The notes: a model not told the origin generated them from the letters alone. Shown: positions 50,432 to 61,701, counted from the whole stretch's first letter. The stretch is DNA of 63,973 nt, filler included, from Anaerolineae bacterium (GCA_029262755.1; 8 parts of 8 records of this genome joined end to end with filler, not necessarily neighbours in it); one strand, 5' to 3'. Made by a program: numbers and translations.

Positions 50432-50712
50432 CGCATGCAGACGCCACGTCAAGACCCTTGGTCACAGGAATCGACCGGGGCTCTCGCAACCGTTGTTTGT
50501 GCTGGGTGATCTGGGCCCCGCGACGCGGACCGCGTCGAGCGCGTCTCAACGTTGGATCTTCGCTCGAGAGGACTTGGTTCGCGGCTACGGTTCTCTGCGA
50601 TCGGTGCTCGGTGCTTGGTCCTAGACCCTCACCGATCGGCGCTCAGCGCGCGGCGAGCGACGCGCGACGTGTCGACACTGGTCCTCAGACCGACGTCGTG
50701 CGCGTAGGCGCC

Positions 50713-51285
50713 CTACCGACGGGGCGCGCTCCACAGCCACCACCAGGAATCGCGTGGGAACCGGTCCTGGGTTCCCGGCGCCCCTTGAAAGTCGGCGGGA
50801 GCAACGTGCTTGCGCACGACGGCGTCTGCCTGCGCCAACTCCGCGCGCGCCCCGCCATCCGCGATCCCGCGCTCGGCGGCCGCCAACAGTAGGCGCTCGG
50901 CGCGAGCTCGGTTGCGGGTGGCGTAACCCCAGTCTTCTCCGAGGTCGTCCGAGCCGTGCTCCATGTCCTCGGCGAGCGCGCGCCAATCATTGAGCGCGGA
51001 GCGTAGCTCACGGTGCAGCGTTTCGGTGAACCGGTCCGCACGGCCGGCGGCCGTGTCGTTCAGAGTCTGACGAGCCGCGGTGATCCGGGCGGAGTCTGCG
51101 TCACGCGCGGTGGCGTCGTCCAGCGCGTCGAGCAGTGCGCCGAGCGTCATCGTAATCTTGTCGGCGCCGCCGGGTCGCTCGAAAACCACGACCCGAAACA
51201 GGTCGTCGCCGTCAAGAAAGGCGGGCAACGCGCCGATCATCGCCTCGATCGCCGCTAGATCCGCACCGCTGGTTGCATGGCTCAT
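50713..51285 (-). CDS. Hypothetical protein downstream of pyrG
   Basis: 190-aa ORF with GGAG SD, 12 nt after the pyrG stop; helical; ends FPRDSWWWLW. Confidence 0.8.
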   Translation of the reverse strand: MSHATSGADLAAIEAMIGALPAFLDGDDLFRVVVFERPGGADKITMTLGALLDALDDATARDADSARITAARQTLNDTAAGRADRFTETLHRELRSALNDWRALAEDMEHGSDDLGEDWGYATRNRARAERLLLAAAERGIADGGARAELAQADAVVRKHVAPADFQGAPGTQDRFPRDSWWWLWSAPRR

Positions 51286-51297
51286 GCTCGGTCTCCG

Positions 51298-53100
51298 TTA
51301 TGGGGCCGGGTCGCTGGGGTCGGCCGGCGCCGGTGCCCGTTGCTCGCGCCCGGTGTCCGACCGATCGCGATCCACGGTGGGTTCCGTAGCGATCGTTGTA
51401 CCGTTGTTCGGCGCAGGCACCCGGGTGGGTTGCGTTGCCGACACGCCGCCCACCGTCGCGGCAGTTTCTCGCGCCGCCCCAATTCCCGCAGCGGCACACG
51501 AAGCCGCGACGAAGGCTTGGAACAAGGGGTGCGGTGCCAAGGGCCGTGTCTTGAACTCCGGATGGAATTGACTACCCACCATGAACGGATGGTCGCGCAA
51601 CTCCGCAACATCGACGAGCTCGCGCTCGGTATAGACGCCGCTCACGACCAGACCTGCCGCCTGCAGCCGGTCCAAGTAGGCCGGGTTGACCTCGAAACGA
51701 TGGCGGTGCCGCTCATGGATCAGCGGACGCCCGTACGCGGCCGCGGTTCGGGTGCCTTCGATGAGGCGGCACGGCCACGCGCCGAGCCGCATCGTGCCGC
51801 CCATGTCGGTGACATCGACCTGCTCGGGGAGGAGGTCGATCACGGGATGTTCGGTGCCGGGATCGAATTCCGTGGAGTTTGCCTCGTCGCTGGCCAACAT
51901 GTGGCGCGCCAGCTCGATCACCATGATCTGGAGTCCGAGACACAAGCCGAGGTAAGGAACGCCGCTCTCGCGGGCGTAGCGCGCGGCCTGAATCTTCCCC
52001 TCGATACCGCGATGCCCGAATCCGCCAGGCACCACGATGCCGTCCACCTCGCGCAAACGACGCCAATCGTCCTCTCGGCCCCGCTCGAGGTTCTCACTGT
52101 CGATCCAGGCGATGTCGATGTCCACGTTCTCCGCCAGCCCGGCGTGCAACAAAGCCTCCGCCACGCTCTTGTAGGCGTCGTGTAGCTCGACGTACTTTCC
52201 AACGAGCGCAACGCGCAGCGATGGCTTCACGGCGCGAACCTTGGCGGCCAACGCCCGCCACTCCGAGAGATCGGGGGTCGCATCGATCAAGCCCAGATGC
52301 GTACACGCCAACGAGGCTAGACCGTGATCCTCCAGATCGGCGGGCACAGAGTAGATCGTGTCCGACGTTACCGCCGGAATTACGGCCTCTCGACGGACAT
52401 CGGTGAACAGCGAAACCTTGTCTCGGAGTTCGTCGGGCACATCCTTGTCGGAGCGCAGCACGATCACGTCGGGCTGGATCCCGATGCCGCGAAGCTCCTT
52501 GACGGAGTGCTGTGTCGGCTTGGTCTTGAGCTCGCCGGTCGCCTCGAGGTAGGGCAGCAGTGTCAAGTGGATGTACATCACGCGCTCACGACCGACATCG
52601 ACGCGCATCTGACGGATCGCTTCGAGGAACGGTAGGCCCTCGATGTCGCCCACCGTGCCGCCGATCTCCACGATCTGCACTTCGGCGCCGGATTGCTGAG
52701 CGGCCAGCCGAATGCGGCGTTTGATCTCGTTGGTGATGTGCGGGATCGTCTGGATCGTCTTGCCCAGATAATCGCCCCGGCGTTCACGCGCGATGACTTC
52801 AGAGAAGACCCGGCCGGTTGTGACATTGGCCTCCGCCGGCAGGTTCTCGTCGATGAAGCGCTCGTAGTGCCCGAGGTCGAGATCCGTTTCGGCACCCCCC
52901 TCAAGCACGTAGACCTCACCGTGCTCGAAGGGACTCATCGTGCCTGGATCTACGTTGATATACGGGTCCAGCTTTTGAATCGATACCCGGATGCCGCGCG
53001 CTTTGAGCAAGCGCCCGAGCGCCGCGGCGATGATGCCCTTGCCCAGCGAGGACGTAACTCCACCGGTCACGAATATGTAGCGTGTCTGCGTCGAATCCAC
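51298..53100 (-). CDS. pyrG: CTP synthase
   Basis: YIFVTGGVTSSLGKG, KLDPYINVDPGTMSP, KTKPTQHS, PGGFG, GLCLGLQ, ERHRHRFE and QFHPE motifs; GTG start after AAGGAG. Confidence 0.98.
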   Translation of the reverse strand: MDSTQTRYIFVTGGVTSSLGKGIIAAALGRLLKARGIRVSIQKLDPYINVDPGTMSPFEHGEVYVLEGGAETDLDLGHYERFIDENLPAEANVTTGRVFSEVIARERRGDYLGKTIQTIPHITNEIKRRIRLAAQQSGAEVQIVEIGGTVGDIEGLPFLEAIRQMRVDVGRERVMYIHLTLLPYLEATGELKTKPTQHSVKELRGIGIQPDVIVLRSDKDVPDELRDKVSLFTDVRREAVIPAVTSDTIYSVPADLEDHGLASLACTHLGLIDATPDLSEWRALAAKVRAVKPSLRVALVGKYVELHDAYKSVAEALLHAGLAENVDIDIAWIDSENLERGREDDWRRLREVDGIVVPGGFGHRGIEGKIQAARYARESGVPYLGLCLGLQIMVIELARHMLASDEANSTEFDPGTEHPVIDLLPEQVDVTDMGGTMRLGAWPCRLIEGTRTAAAYGRPLIHERHRHRFEVNPAYLDRLQAAGLVVSGVYTERELVDVAELRDHPFMVGSQFHPEFKTRPLAPHPLFQAFVAASCAAAGIGAARETAATVGGVSATQPTRVPAPNNGTTIATEPTVDRDRSDTGREQRAPAPADPSDPAP

Positions 53101-53276
53101 CCTTGGCTCCTTCTGCCCACGGACCCGACCTTGCGCCGCGCCCATGGGGGCCCATGATAGCCCGCCCCGTGCCCGCGTGCTATGATCGCGCCGCGCCCGA
53201 CCACCTGCTGGTTCGGGCGCATTCCATGGGCTTTGCCGACCGATCGGCAGCGCCCCGAACGAAAGTCCCCCGCCGC

Positions 53277-54550
53277 ATGTCTGTCACACTTTCCGCGCCC
53301 TTCGTGGCCCTCGATCTTGAGCGTACGGGCTTCGATGCCGAGCGCGACGCCATCATCGAGGTCGCTGCCGTACGCTTCGCCGACGGCGTCGTGGAGGCGG
53401 AGTTCCAACGGCTCGTCCGGCCCGAGGTCGCGATCCCGCTTCGCGTGCGCCAGCTCACCGGCCTGGAAGAAGCCGCGCTGGCGGACGCTCCGCTGGTCGG
53501 CTCGGTCCTGGCCGAGCTCATCGAGTTCGTCGGCGATTCACCCTTGGTCGGCCAGAGCATCGGCTTTGACCTCGAGTTCCTCCGGCGACACGGCGCACCG
53601 TGGGCGCAACCGGCCATCGACACGTTTGAGCTTGCTTCGATTCTGGTCCCGGAAGCCCGGCGTTACGGTCTCGGCGCGCTCGTCGAGTTGCTCGGGTTGA
53701 ACGTTCCGGCCACCCACCGTGCGCTCGACGACGCCCGCGCACACATGGCGCTTTTCGAGGCGCTGCTTGAGCGTGCGCGTACGCTGCCCGCGGAGACGCT
53801 GACTGCGATCGAGCATCTTGCCGCGCGCGTCTCGTGGGACCTCGGGCCGGTATTCCGCCTGGCGGCACGCAGCGCCCGCCCGAGCTCGACGAGCGCGGAT
53901 CCCCGTCCGGCGCGCCTGACCAAGCGCCCCACGGCGTCCGGCTCGCACGTCGAGGTCAACGCCGGCATCGTCGAGGCCATGATCGCGCCCGATGGGGCGT
54001 TGAGCACGCGCCACGCCGGATTTGAAGACCGTCCCGCGCAACGTCAGATGCTACGCGAAGTCACCCACGCGTTTAACGAAGGCGACCAGTTGATGGTCGA
54101 GGCCGGAACGGGCACCGGCAAGAGCCTTGCCTACTTGCTGCCTGCCGCCGCCTGGGCGCAGGCGAACGGCCGACCGGTGGTGATTGCAACCCACACCATT
54201 CCGCTCCAGGATCAGCTGCTCGGCAAAGATTTGCCGCTCGTGGCGCAGATGCTCGGCGGCGAGCTGAACGTGGCCGTGTTGAAGGGTCGGGCCAACTACC
54301 TCTGTCGCACAAGGCTCGCCCGGCTCGTGCAACGCGACGACCTGAGCGCGGACGACGTGCGCGCCGCCGCAAAGTTATTGGTCTGGGCGCCGCTCACCGA
54401 GACGGGTGACCGGTCCGAGCTCCTGCTGCTGCCCGAGGACGAGCGTGTGTGGCGGCTCGTACGCGCCGACGGTGACGCCTGCACCGCGGAGCGCTGCCGA
54501 CATGCGTCGCGCGGCGATTGCTGGCTACATCGTGCGCGCGCCCAGGCCGA
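53277..54550 (+). CDS. dinG: DnaQ-like 3'-5' exonuclease fused to a DinG family helicase, 3' truncated
   Basis: DLERTG...IIEVAAV, HRALDDA, EAGTGTGKSLAYL and LKGRANYLC motifs; Fe-S type cysteines. Confidence 0.92.
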
Positions 54551-54721
54551 NNNNNNNNNNNNNNNNNNNNNNNNNNNNNNNNNNNNNNNNNNNNTTAATT
54601 AATTAANNNNNNNNNNNNNNNNNNNNNNNNNNNNNNNNNNNNNNNNNNNNCGGCGACCGATCGGTCGCCGCCTCCGTGCGTACGGCGTCAACGGTGGGCC
54701 GCCGCTCCGCGCGGTGCGATC

Positions 54722-54857
54722 ACGTCGACTGCGCGCCTACGTCGACCGCGCGCCTACGTCGACCGTGCGCCTACGTCGACCGTGCGCCTACGTCGACCGT
54801 GCGCCTACGTCGACCGTGCGCCTACGTCGACCGCGCAATCACGTCGACCGCGCACCC
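54722..54857. repeat. 17-bp tandem repeat, 8 units (ACGTCGACCGTGCGCCT)
   Basis: Units start at 54722, 54739, 54756, 54773, 54790, 54807, 54824 and 54841; the central four are identical and the flanks degenerate; no spacers. Confidence 0.95.
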
Positions 54858-54878
54858 ACTTCGATCGCTGGACGGACC

Positions 54879-55739
54879 TTATTCCCCGCTTTCGCCCTCG
54901 CCGCTCGCCGCCCCCGACAACGTCACGTCCCCCGCGCGCACAACGACCTCGCCCGCTTCGGTCGCGATGCGTAGCGCGCCGTCGGTGGTCACGCCCACGG
55001 CGCGTCCGTGGACGGTGTCCTCGGGCGTCCGCGGCGACGCACCGGCAACGGAATGCGCCACCACCGTCCTGCCGAGGGTCGTGAGGCGTGCGGACCACGC
55101 CGGCACGAGGTCGGCGCCGGCGCACGCGTGCGTGTAGTGCGCGTCGATCGCGCGCAGCAGGTCGATCGCGAGCGCGGTGCGGTCGAGGTGATCGGTTGGC
55201 CCCGCGCCCTTCGCATCCCCCCACAGCGCCGCCACGCTTGTCGCGCCCTCCGGCAACGTGGCCGGCGCCTGCCCGACGTTCAACCCGAGGCCGACGACCA
55301 CGCGCGGGCGTGCCGGTGCGCCGGACCACGTGACTTCCGCGAGCAGGCCGGCGATCTTGGCGTCGCCGACCAGGACGTCGTTGGGCCACTTGAGGCCGAG
55401 GGCGGCGGGATCCGGCACGCGCGACGTCAGCGCGTCGAGAGCGGCCAGGGCGACGGCCATCGGGATCTGCGCCAGGCGCTCGGGCGGCAGATCCGGGCGG
55501 AAGAGCACGGATACTGCGAGCGCAACGCCCGGCGGCGTGTGCCACGTGCGGCCGTGACGCCCGCGGCCGGCCGTCTGCTCGTCGGCGAGGATCACGACTC
55601 CCTCGTCCGCGCCCCCGCCCGCGAACGTGGCAGCCGTATCCATCGTGGACGCCACGCTCGCCAGCACCCGCACGTCGCGCAGGACGGCGCAGCTACGAAC
55701 GCCGTCGGTCAGGCGCGCCGCGTCGAGTGGCACGAGCAT
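54879..55739 (-). CDS. birA: Biotin--[acetyl-CoA-carboxylase] ligase (no N-terminal HTH)
   Basis: STMD, QTAGRGRHGRTW, KWPNDV, KIAGLL and GLGLNV motifs. Confidence 0.95.
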   Translation of the reverse strand: MLVPLDAARLTDGVRSCAVLRDVRVLASVASTMDTAATFAGGGADEGVVILADEQTAGRGRHGRTWHTPPGVALAVSVLFRPDLPPERLAQIPMAVALAALDALTSRVPDPAALGLKWPNDVLVGDAKIAGLLAEVTWSGAPARPRVVVGLGLNVGQAPATLPEGATSVAALWGDAKGAGPTDHLDRTALAIDLLRAIDAHYTHACAGADLVPAWSARLTTLGRTVVAHSVAGASPRTPEDTVHGRAVGVTTDGALRIATEAGEVVVRAGDVTLSGAASGEGESGE

Positions 55740-55835
55740 TCCTTGGAAGCGTCGGGGGCGAATCGATTCGGAGAGAGGGCTCGACCGAAAGCAATGTCGC
55801 CCACAGAGGGCGTTGCCGGTCGAGCCCTACGCCCT

Positions 55836-57452
55836 CTAGCGCAGCACCTGGTTGCGCAGGACGAGGGGCAGGTAGATGTCCGGCAGCTCCAGCAACACGA
55901 GGTCGGCCGTCATCTTGCCGACGCCGTCGCATTGGAGCGCGTCGAGTTCCGCCTTGGCGGACAAGAAGCCGTCCTTGGAGGCGCGGATGGTTACGTGGTC
56001 GCCCAGAAAGATCAGCTTCGAGAAGGAGTACAGGCCGACACCGGGCGTGGTCTGGTCGTCGCCGCAGGCCTCGGGCTCTTCGCCCGGGGCGGCGTGCTCG
56101 CAGGTGACCGTGGCGCCGGGTGACTCGTTGCCGACCTCGGCGGACAGCTCGTACACGGTGCCGGTGAACTCGCAGAAGAAGAAGTCCTCGACCGGCGTCG
56201 GGGTGGCCGTGGCCACAGGCGGGACGGTGGCCGAAGGCGTTTCGCCCGGCGGCGGCGTGTCGCTGGGGAGCGGCGTCGGCTCTGCAGTTGGCGTCGGGGG
56301 CTCAAGATCGCCCGTGACAATGATCGTCGGGCAGTCGATGGTGAACGCCGTCACGCCGCCGCCGCGGTCGATGACGACGCCGCCCGACTCTGCGCACGCG
56401 GGCTGCTCACCTGCGACACGCGGCTCCACGCGCAGCATCGCCTGGAAGCTGCTCTCGGACGGGTTGGGCCACGACCAGACGATCGTGTCGCCCTCGATGG
56501 CATCGGCGGCGGGCGATGCGCTGTCGGGCACGTAGGCAAAGGCCGAGCCGACGGTGTTGGTGATCACGACCTCGCGAATCGGCCCGCCCCGCTTCAGCTG
56601 CGTGATGGTGCGATCGAGCTGCGGCAGCAGGTTGCGGTCGATATCGTTCGTGGCGAAGACATACTGCGACGGGTTGGCGATGGTGCGCATGCACGAGCGG
56701 TCGCAGCCGGTCGCGAGGCAGACGACGCCGAAGATCAGGTCGGGAACCTCGGTCTTGAGCTCGTCTGCGGCTTCCTTCACCGGCTCACAGCCGCCCTGCA
56801 TTGGGGCCGCGAGCGCCGCGTCCTGTGCACGTGGGGTGCGCGGGTCGCGGTAGTCGTTGCTGCCGTCGCCGAAGAGGACGATCCACTCCTGCATCGACGC
56901 GCTCCCGGCACCCCGGCCACGCTTGAGCACGTTGCCGGCTTCGGAGATCGCGGCGTCCAGGCGTGTGTCGCCCGTGGCGCGTAGCGAACGCAGGCAGTCG
57001 TCCAACTCGTCGCGGTCGTTGGTCAGGGCGCACAGCCGGTTGGGCTGCTCGTTGTACTCGACGATGCCGACCTGGATCCAGGGATTCTCATCGAGCTTCA
57101 AGGTGTCAAGGAGCTTGCCCGCGGCATCGCGCACTTCCTGACGCGGGTTGTTGCCCGTGTTCGGATCGTTGGCCATGACATCGCTGGCCTGCAGGAGCAG
57201 CACGATGTGCAGAGGGCCGAAGTTGCCAGCGGGACAATCGGCCTCGACGTTCATCGTGAGCCCGAGCGTCTCGCCGGACATCACCGTTGCCGCCTCTGCG
57301 GTCATGCCGGCCTCGACGGTACAAGCGCCCTCTTGGGCAGGACCGGCGGCCAGACGGGCGAAGACGGCGGAAGGCGCGTCGGGAAGCGCGAGCAAGAGGC
57401 CGAACGCGGCGAGCGCGAGGAAGGGGACCAGCAAGGAAGAGATGCGGCGCAT
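55836..57452 (-). CDS. Secreted vWA-domain protein (degenerate MIDAS) with a C-terminal YLP motif
   Basis: Signal peptide; HIVLLLQASDVM, GIVEYN, GDTRLDAAI and LFGDG; Pro/Thr linker; ends IYLPLVLRNQVLR. Confidence 0.85.
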   Translation of the reverse strand: MRRISSLLVPFLALAAFGLLLALPDAPSAVFARLAAGPAQEGACTVEAGMTAEAATVMSGETLGLTMNVEADCPAGNFGPLHIVLLLQASDVMANDPNTGNNPRQEVRDAAGKLLDTLKLDENPWIQVGIVEYNEQPNRLCALTNDRDELDDCLRSLRATGDTRLDAAISEAGNVLKRGRGAGSASMQEWIVLFGDGSNDYRDPRTPRAQDAALAAPMQGGCEPVKEAADELKTEVPDLIFGVVCLATGCDRSCMRTIANPSQYVFATNDIDRNLLPQLDRTITQLKRGGPIREVVITNTVGSAFAYVPDSASPAADAIEGDTIVWSWPNPSESSFQAMLRVEPRVAGEQPACAESGGVVIDRGGGVTAFTIDCPTIIVTGDLEPPTPTAEPTPLPSDTPPPGETPSATVPPVATATPTPVEDFFFCEFTGTVYELSAEVGNESPGATVTCEHAAPGEEPEACGDDQTTPGVGLYSFSKLIFLGDHVTIRASKDGFLSAKAELDALQCDGVGKMTADLVLLELPDIYLPLVLRNQVLR

Positions 57453-57757
57453 GCGACGGGCTCCTGGACTCGAGTAGGGGTCTCGTATGGGTCTAGTGGG
57501 TGGCGCGCTGGCGCGCGGGCGGGCCAATTGTACCAGCGGCGGCGGGCGGATGTTGGGATCGGAGCGCGGCGCGGCGCGCGGCGCCCGAAGCCACGTAATA
57601 CAAAGCCGCGGCATGCTATCGTAGCCACCGCGCGGCCCGGGCGGATGCTCGCGGAACGCGACGCCGCCAGGAGGCCGCGATGCCCACGCCCCCCAACCCC
57701 GCCCCGCGCCACGGTTCCGCTGCCCCGCCTCCTTCGAACGCGGCGCGCGAGGAAGAC

Positions 57758-58134
57758 GTGACGGTCGAGCCCTCTTTGCCCTCCCAATCCCCCTCCGCCC
57801 CACCCCGCGACCTTGTCGTGCTCGAAGGCGTGTCGCGCGAGTTCGCAGAGGGCGACCGGCGCCTCTCGGTGCTGCGCGACGTCTCGTTGCGGGTGCCGGA
57901 AGGGCGCTTCGTGGCCATCCTCGGACGCAGTGGCTCGGGCAAGTCCACGGTTCTCAACCTCGTGGCCGGCATTGACGACCCCGACGCCGGCACGATCACC
58001 GTGGACGGGCACGAGATCACCAGCATGTCCGAGCGCGAGCGGACCTTGTTCCGCCGCCGGATGGTCGGCTTCGTCTACCAATTCTTCAACCTCATCCCCA
58101 CCCTGACCGTGCTTGAAAACGTACGCTTGCCGCT
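57758..58134 (+). CDS. ABC transporter ATP-binding protein (LolD/MacB-like), 3' truncated
   Basis: Walker A GRSGSGKST; FRRRMVGFVYQFFNLIPTLTVLENV; start is GTG 57758 or ATG 57680. Confidence 0.92.
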
Positions 58135-58234
58135 NNNNNNNNNNNNNNNNNNNNNNNNNNNNNNNNNNNNNNNNNNNNTTAATTAATTAANNNNNNNNNN
58201 NNNNNNNNNNNNNNNNNNNNNNNNNNNNNNNNNN

Positions 58235-58409
58235 CACGCAGGAACACCTCCTGCGTACAGTCCTCGGCCGCCCGAACATCGCCCAGCATCCCCACGAGGT
58301 AGCGGAAAACTACACGCTCGTAGTCGCGCACGAGGGTGTCGAAGCGGGCATGGTTGGCAAGCGGGGCAGGTTGGGCTTCCACGAGCACAGCCTCTGCGAT
58401 AGTCGACAT
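58235..58409 (-). CDS. ECF sigma-70 factor, N-terminal fragment (3' truncated)
   Basis: GGAGG SD; FDTLVRDYERVVFRYLVGMLGDVRAAEDCTQEVFLR matches region 2.1-2.2. Confidence 0.88.
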
Positions 58410-58934
58410 CGATCCTCCCTTGTCCCGGGCGCATTCGCCCGATTCAGCACAGGAGACTCGAATTCGCGACAAGACTGGACACCGATCCTATCGTGGGTCG
58501 CGTGGGGGTGCGATTGGTCGCCCCGCTGCCGCGACGAAAGCGTGCGCCTTGGAGCCGTAGCGCAGGTCGTCGACCCAGACCGTTTCAAAGGGTGAGGGAG
58601 CCAATGGGCCGCAATCACGGCATGTTGGCTCCCTCTTGACCCGAAACTCCAATTCGGACGGACTACGCTGGCGACAACGCCTCGAGTTCTTGCGTCTGGA
58701 TCACAGTGGTGCGATCGATCACGGGCCCCATACACGCGACGGGTGGCGCCTCATGCGCGCCGGGCGGGCTAGCTCCGTCGTCGTGCCCGACGGGCAGTCG
58801 AATCTCGACGACTCTGCGCGCGACAACGCCCAGTTAAGACTCCCTACGGAACCCCACCCATGCTGCCCTCTTGCCATTGGCTCGCGATGCTCTGTCGGGA
58901 CGACTTCTATCTGCATAGCATGACCGGGCCACCG

Positions 58935-61036
58935 CTACTCGGTATCCCCGGATTCCGCGATCGCGGTGGCCGTGGCACCCGCCTCCGCGGTCGGGTTGGC
59001 GGGGGCCTGTGCACCCGTTCCATCGGCCTTTAGCTGCAGGCGGACGGTGTTGTGATTCAAACCCAACTCGAACACGTGCTCGTGGCTTGGATTGTAGGTG
59101 TCTACGAAGACAAGGGGGTCGAATGGTAGAGGCTCCGAGCCTGCATGGACCTGGACGAGCGTCCGCAATCGCTCATTCGATTCCAGACGGTCGAAGCCGC
59201 TGAGGGCAAGGATCCGTGCGATCATCCCATCGTAGACCGGATCGCTCTTTCCCGAGCGCATAACAGGTTTGCCATCAGCGTCCGACCCATCGAAGTACTT
59301 TCCGCCCGTTCCCAAGCGCCAAATGGCGTAACCAAAGGCGTCTGTACGTGTCGTGGACAGCTCCAACTCGCGACGATTCATGGAAGCCTCCGGTCGCCAC
59401 GTTTGCAGCTTGCCGTCTGATCGGAAAAGAACCTCGGCATGTTGGAGAACGATGGCCACCGGTACGTCCGGCGCGGGGCTGCCGGCCGCATCGCGCACCT
59501 CGACTAGGATGACCGATTCGTCGTTGCTGGCTACTGCCTCTTCCGGGATGATGTTGAGCGTGACGGTCACCGTTTCAGGCTCTTCCCACCTGCCGTCGAT
59601 GCCCATGTGTTCCTGTGGCACCACAATGCCGAGGTCACGAAGCGGAAGCACCGGAACGACCCGCTGGGTCCAGTGCCGTAGGCCGTCGAGCGAGATGAGA
59701 GGCAACGGAAGGTGGAAGATAAGCCCCCGCTCGGCGCTCCAGGTGCGCGAGAGCCGTCCGTCTTCTCGTTCCGCCTCACGAAGCCTATTCGCGAGCTCAG
59801 CGTCCACATTCAGAATGAATCCAGCGGGTTCTTCGGCCCGGGGCCCTGGAACCAGTACATATCCATCCGGCAAGGTTCCTGTCAGCGAAGGTGAGTACGC
59901 GAATGAGACATGAGCCTGAGCCCTCGGCAGATAATCAGACTGCTCGGTCATGACGGTCGTGACGCGCGTTGCAGGCGGGCCCTGCCACGATGCCGGAGGA
60001 GAGTCCGGTGACCACGACGGTCCCGGCTGGCCCAACGGGAGGGTCACGGTCTTAGGGTTTGCTCGAATCAAGTCGCCGATCAAGGTATGGGTGACGAACT
60101 CGAACGCGAGATTGACATTCGGCCAGCTCGTATCAACAGCATGCATAGGATCAATCGTTTCGGGCGGCAACTGCTGGACCAAGTCCGGCCAGGAAATTGG
60201 GATCAGAGCGCGGCCATCCGCGTCCGTTTCGGCCGCCAGCCATGGTCGTTCATCCGGGCCGCGCTCCATCGGGTGACTCTTGCCCGGGGTTCCATCCGCC
60301 CAGGCCAAAATGCTCGTGCCTTGCATGGGCTCGCCGTCTTCGAGATCCCAAGTCTCTGCAATCACCAGCCACGTTCCAGGGGGAGGCAATTGGTCGTTTG
60401 GCAGCACGTACACGTGCGCCATCACTGACGACAAATGGGCAAGCGGCGGGTCGATCGGCACCTCGATCGTGCGATGGGTCGCCAAGCCATTGAGATCGAT
60501 GGCAGGAAGCCTCAACGTATCCGTGATCCCGTGACGTTGGGCGACTTCGATCGGCAAACTGACTTGGGCAGGCTCGAAGCGCAACCCCATGTATGTCGAG
60601 CCATCCGACACCGTTCCCGTGACATCTGCAGTCACCCGGATGTGATCGATCCTGGACGGACCAGGGTAGCCTGCTGAGAGATCCGACTCCGTCGTTGCCG
60701 TCGCCAACGCCGGCGCCACCGTCGCCGTCGCGTCTTCGTGCGGCTGAACGACCGTCGACTCCGGCATCGTCTCGAACGCGCGCACCAGCGCCAGCGTGAT
60801 GCCCGCCACAGCGCCGAGGGCAAGCCCTACCTCCAACCTCCGGAGCGGTCGCAAGCGCGGCTCCTTCTTGAGCCCGGTCGAACCCGCGCTGGACGAGGCG
60901 GATCGAGTTGCCCTGGCGTCGTCCTCGGGTACTGCGCGCAACGCGGCCTCGAAGTCGATACTCGGCTTTGGCCAGGCAACCTGCGCCAGCTTCTGCCGTG
61001 TCGCACTCTGCACATCCCACGCCGCAGCGCACTCCT
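58935..61036 (-). CDS. Single-pass membrane protein, probable anti-sigma factor with a large duplicated extracellular domain, 5' truncated
   Basis: Frame is open to the contig end (ECAAAWDVQSATRQKL...); TM LEVGLALGAVAGITLALV; two homologous extracellular units. Confidence 0.65.
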
Positions 61037-61136
61037 NNNNNNNNNNNNNNNNNNNNNNNNNNNNNNNNNNNNNNNNNNNNTTAATTAATTAANNNNNNNN
61101 NNNNNNNNNNNNNNNNNNNNNNNNNNNNNNNNNNNN

Positions 61137-61701
61137 GGCCCAGCTGGGTCGCGGATGGCCGCGCGAGATCGAGCACGCGTGAGGCGACATGCATCGTGGG
61201 GCCGGCCTCGTCGTCGGGGTGGCCGGCGTGGGCAACGCGGGGGCGGAGCGCTCGGCGTAGTACTTCGAGGGGCGCCGGTACCGTTTCCGCATCGATTCGC
61301 GAGGCATGGTCGTGCGGGCAGGCCAGCAGCTGCGCGCTGTGCGCCACGAGCCAGCCGCGCTCCACCTGTACCGTAACGCCGGACGCGGTGGTCGTCCCCC
61401 AACCGCCCTTGGTCGCGAGCTCGACGCCCGCGGTGTCCCAATCGATGTCGTAGCGCAGCGTAGCGGGTGCCGTGTCCCGCGTCGTGCTCGGCGCGCTCGG
61501 GACCGCGTTGCATGCACCGAGCACGGCCGTCGATGCCCCGAGGAGCGCGGCGGTCGCGACGAACGCTGCGAACGAAGAGCGGCGGCGGCGGATTGGGCGG
61601 CGCCTCCGCGTCCGGACGTGGCCGCGCGTGGAACGTGCGTCGCGCGCAGCGCGCGGCGCCCGCGGGGTGGCGAGCGCCGCGCGTCGACGAGCAACTACCA
61701 C
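61137..61701 (-). CDS. His-containing lipoprotein, 3' truncated
   Basis: Arg-rich N-terminus; lipobox VLGA-C; ACPHDH and AHAGHPDD motifs; start uncertain. Confidence 0.65.

Noticed and set aside
54722..54857. Possible CRISPR array
   Set aside because: Units are head-to-tail 17-mers with no unique spacers, and no cas genes are present
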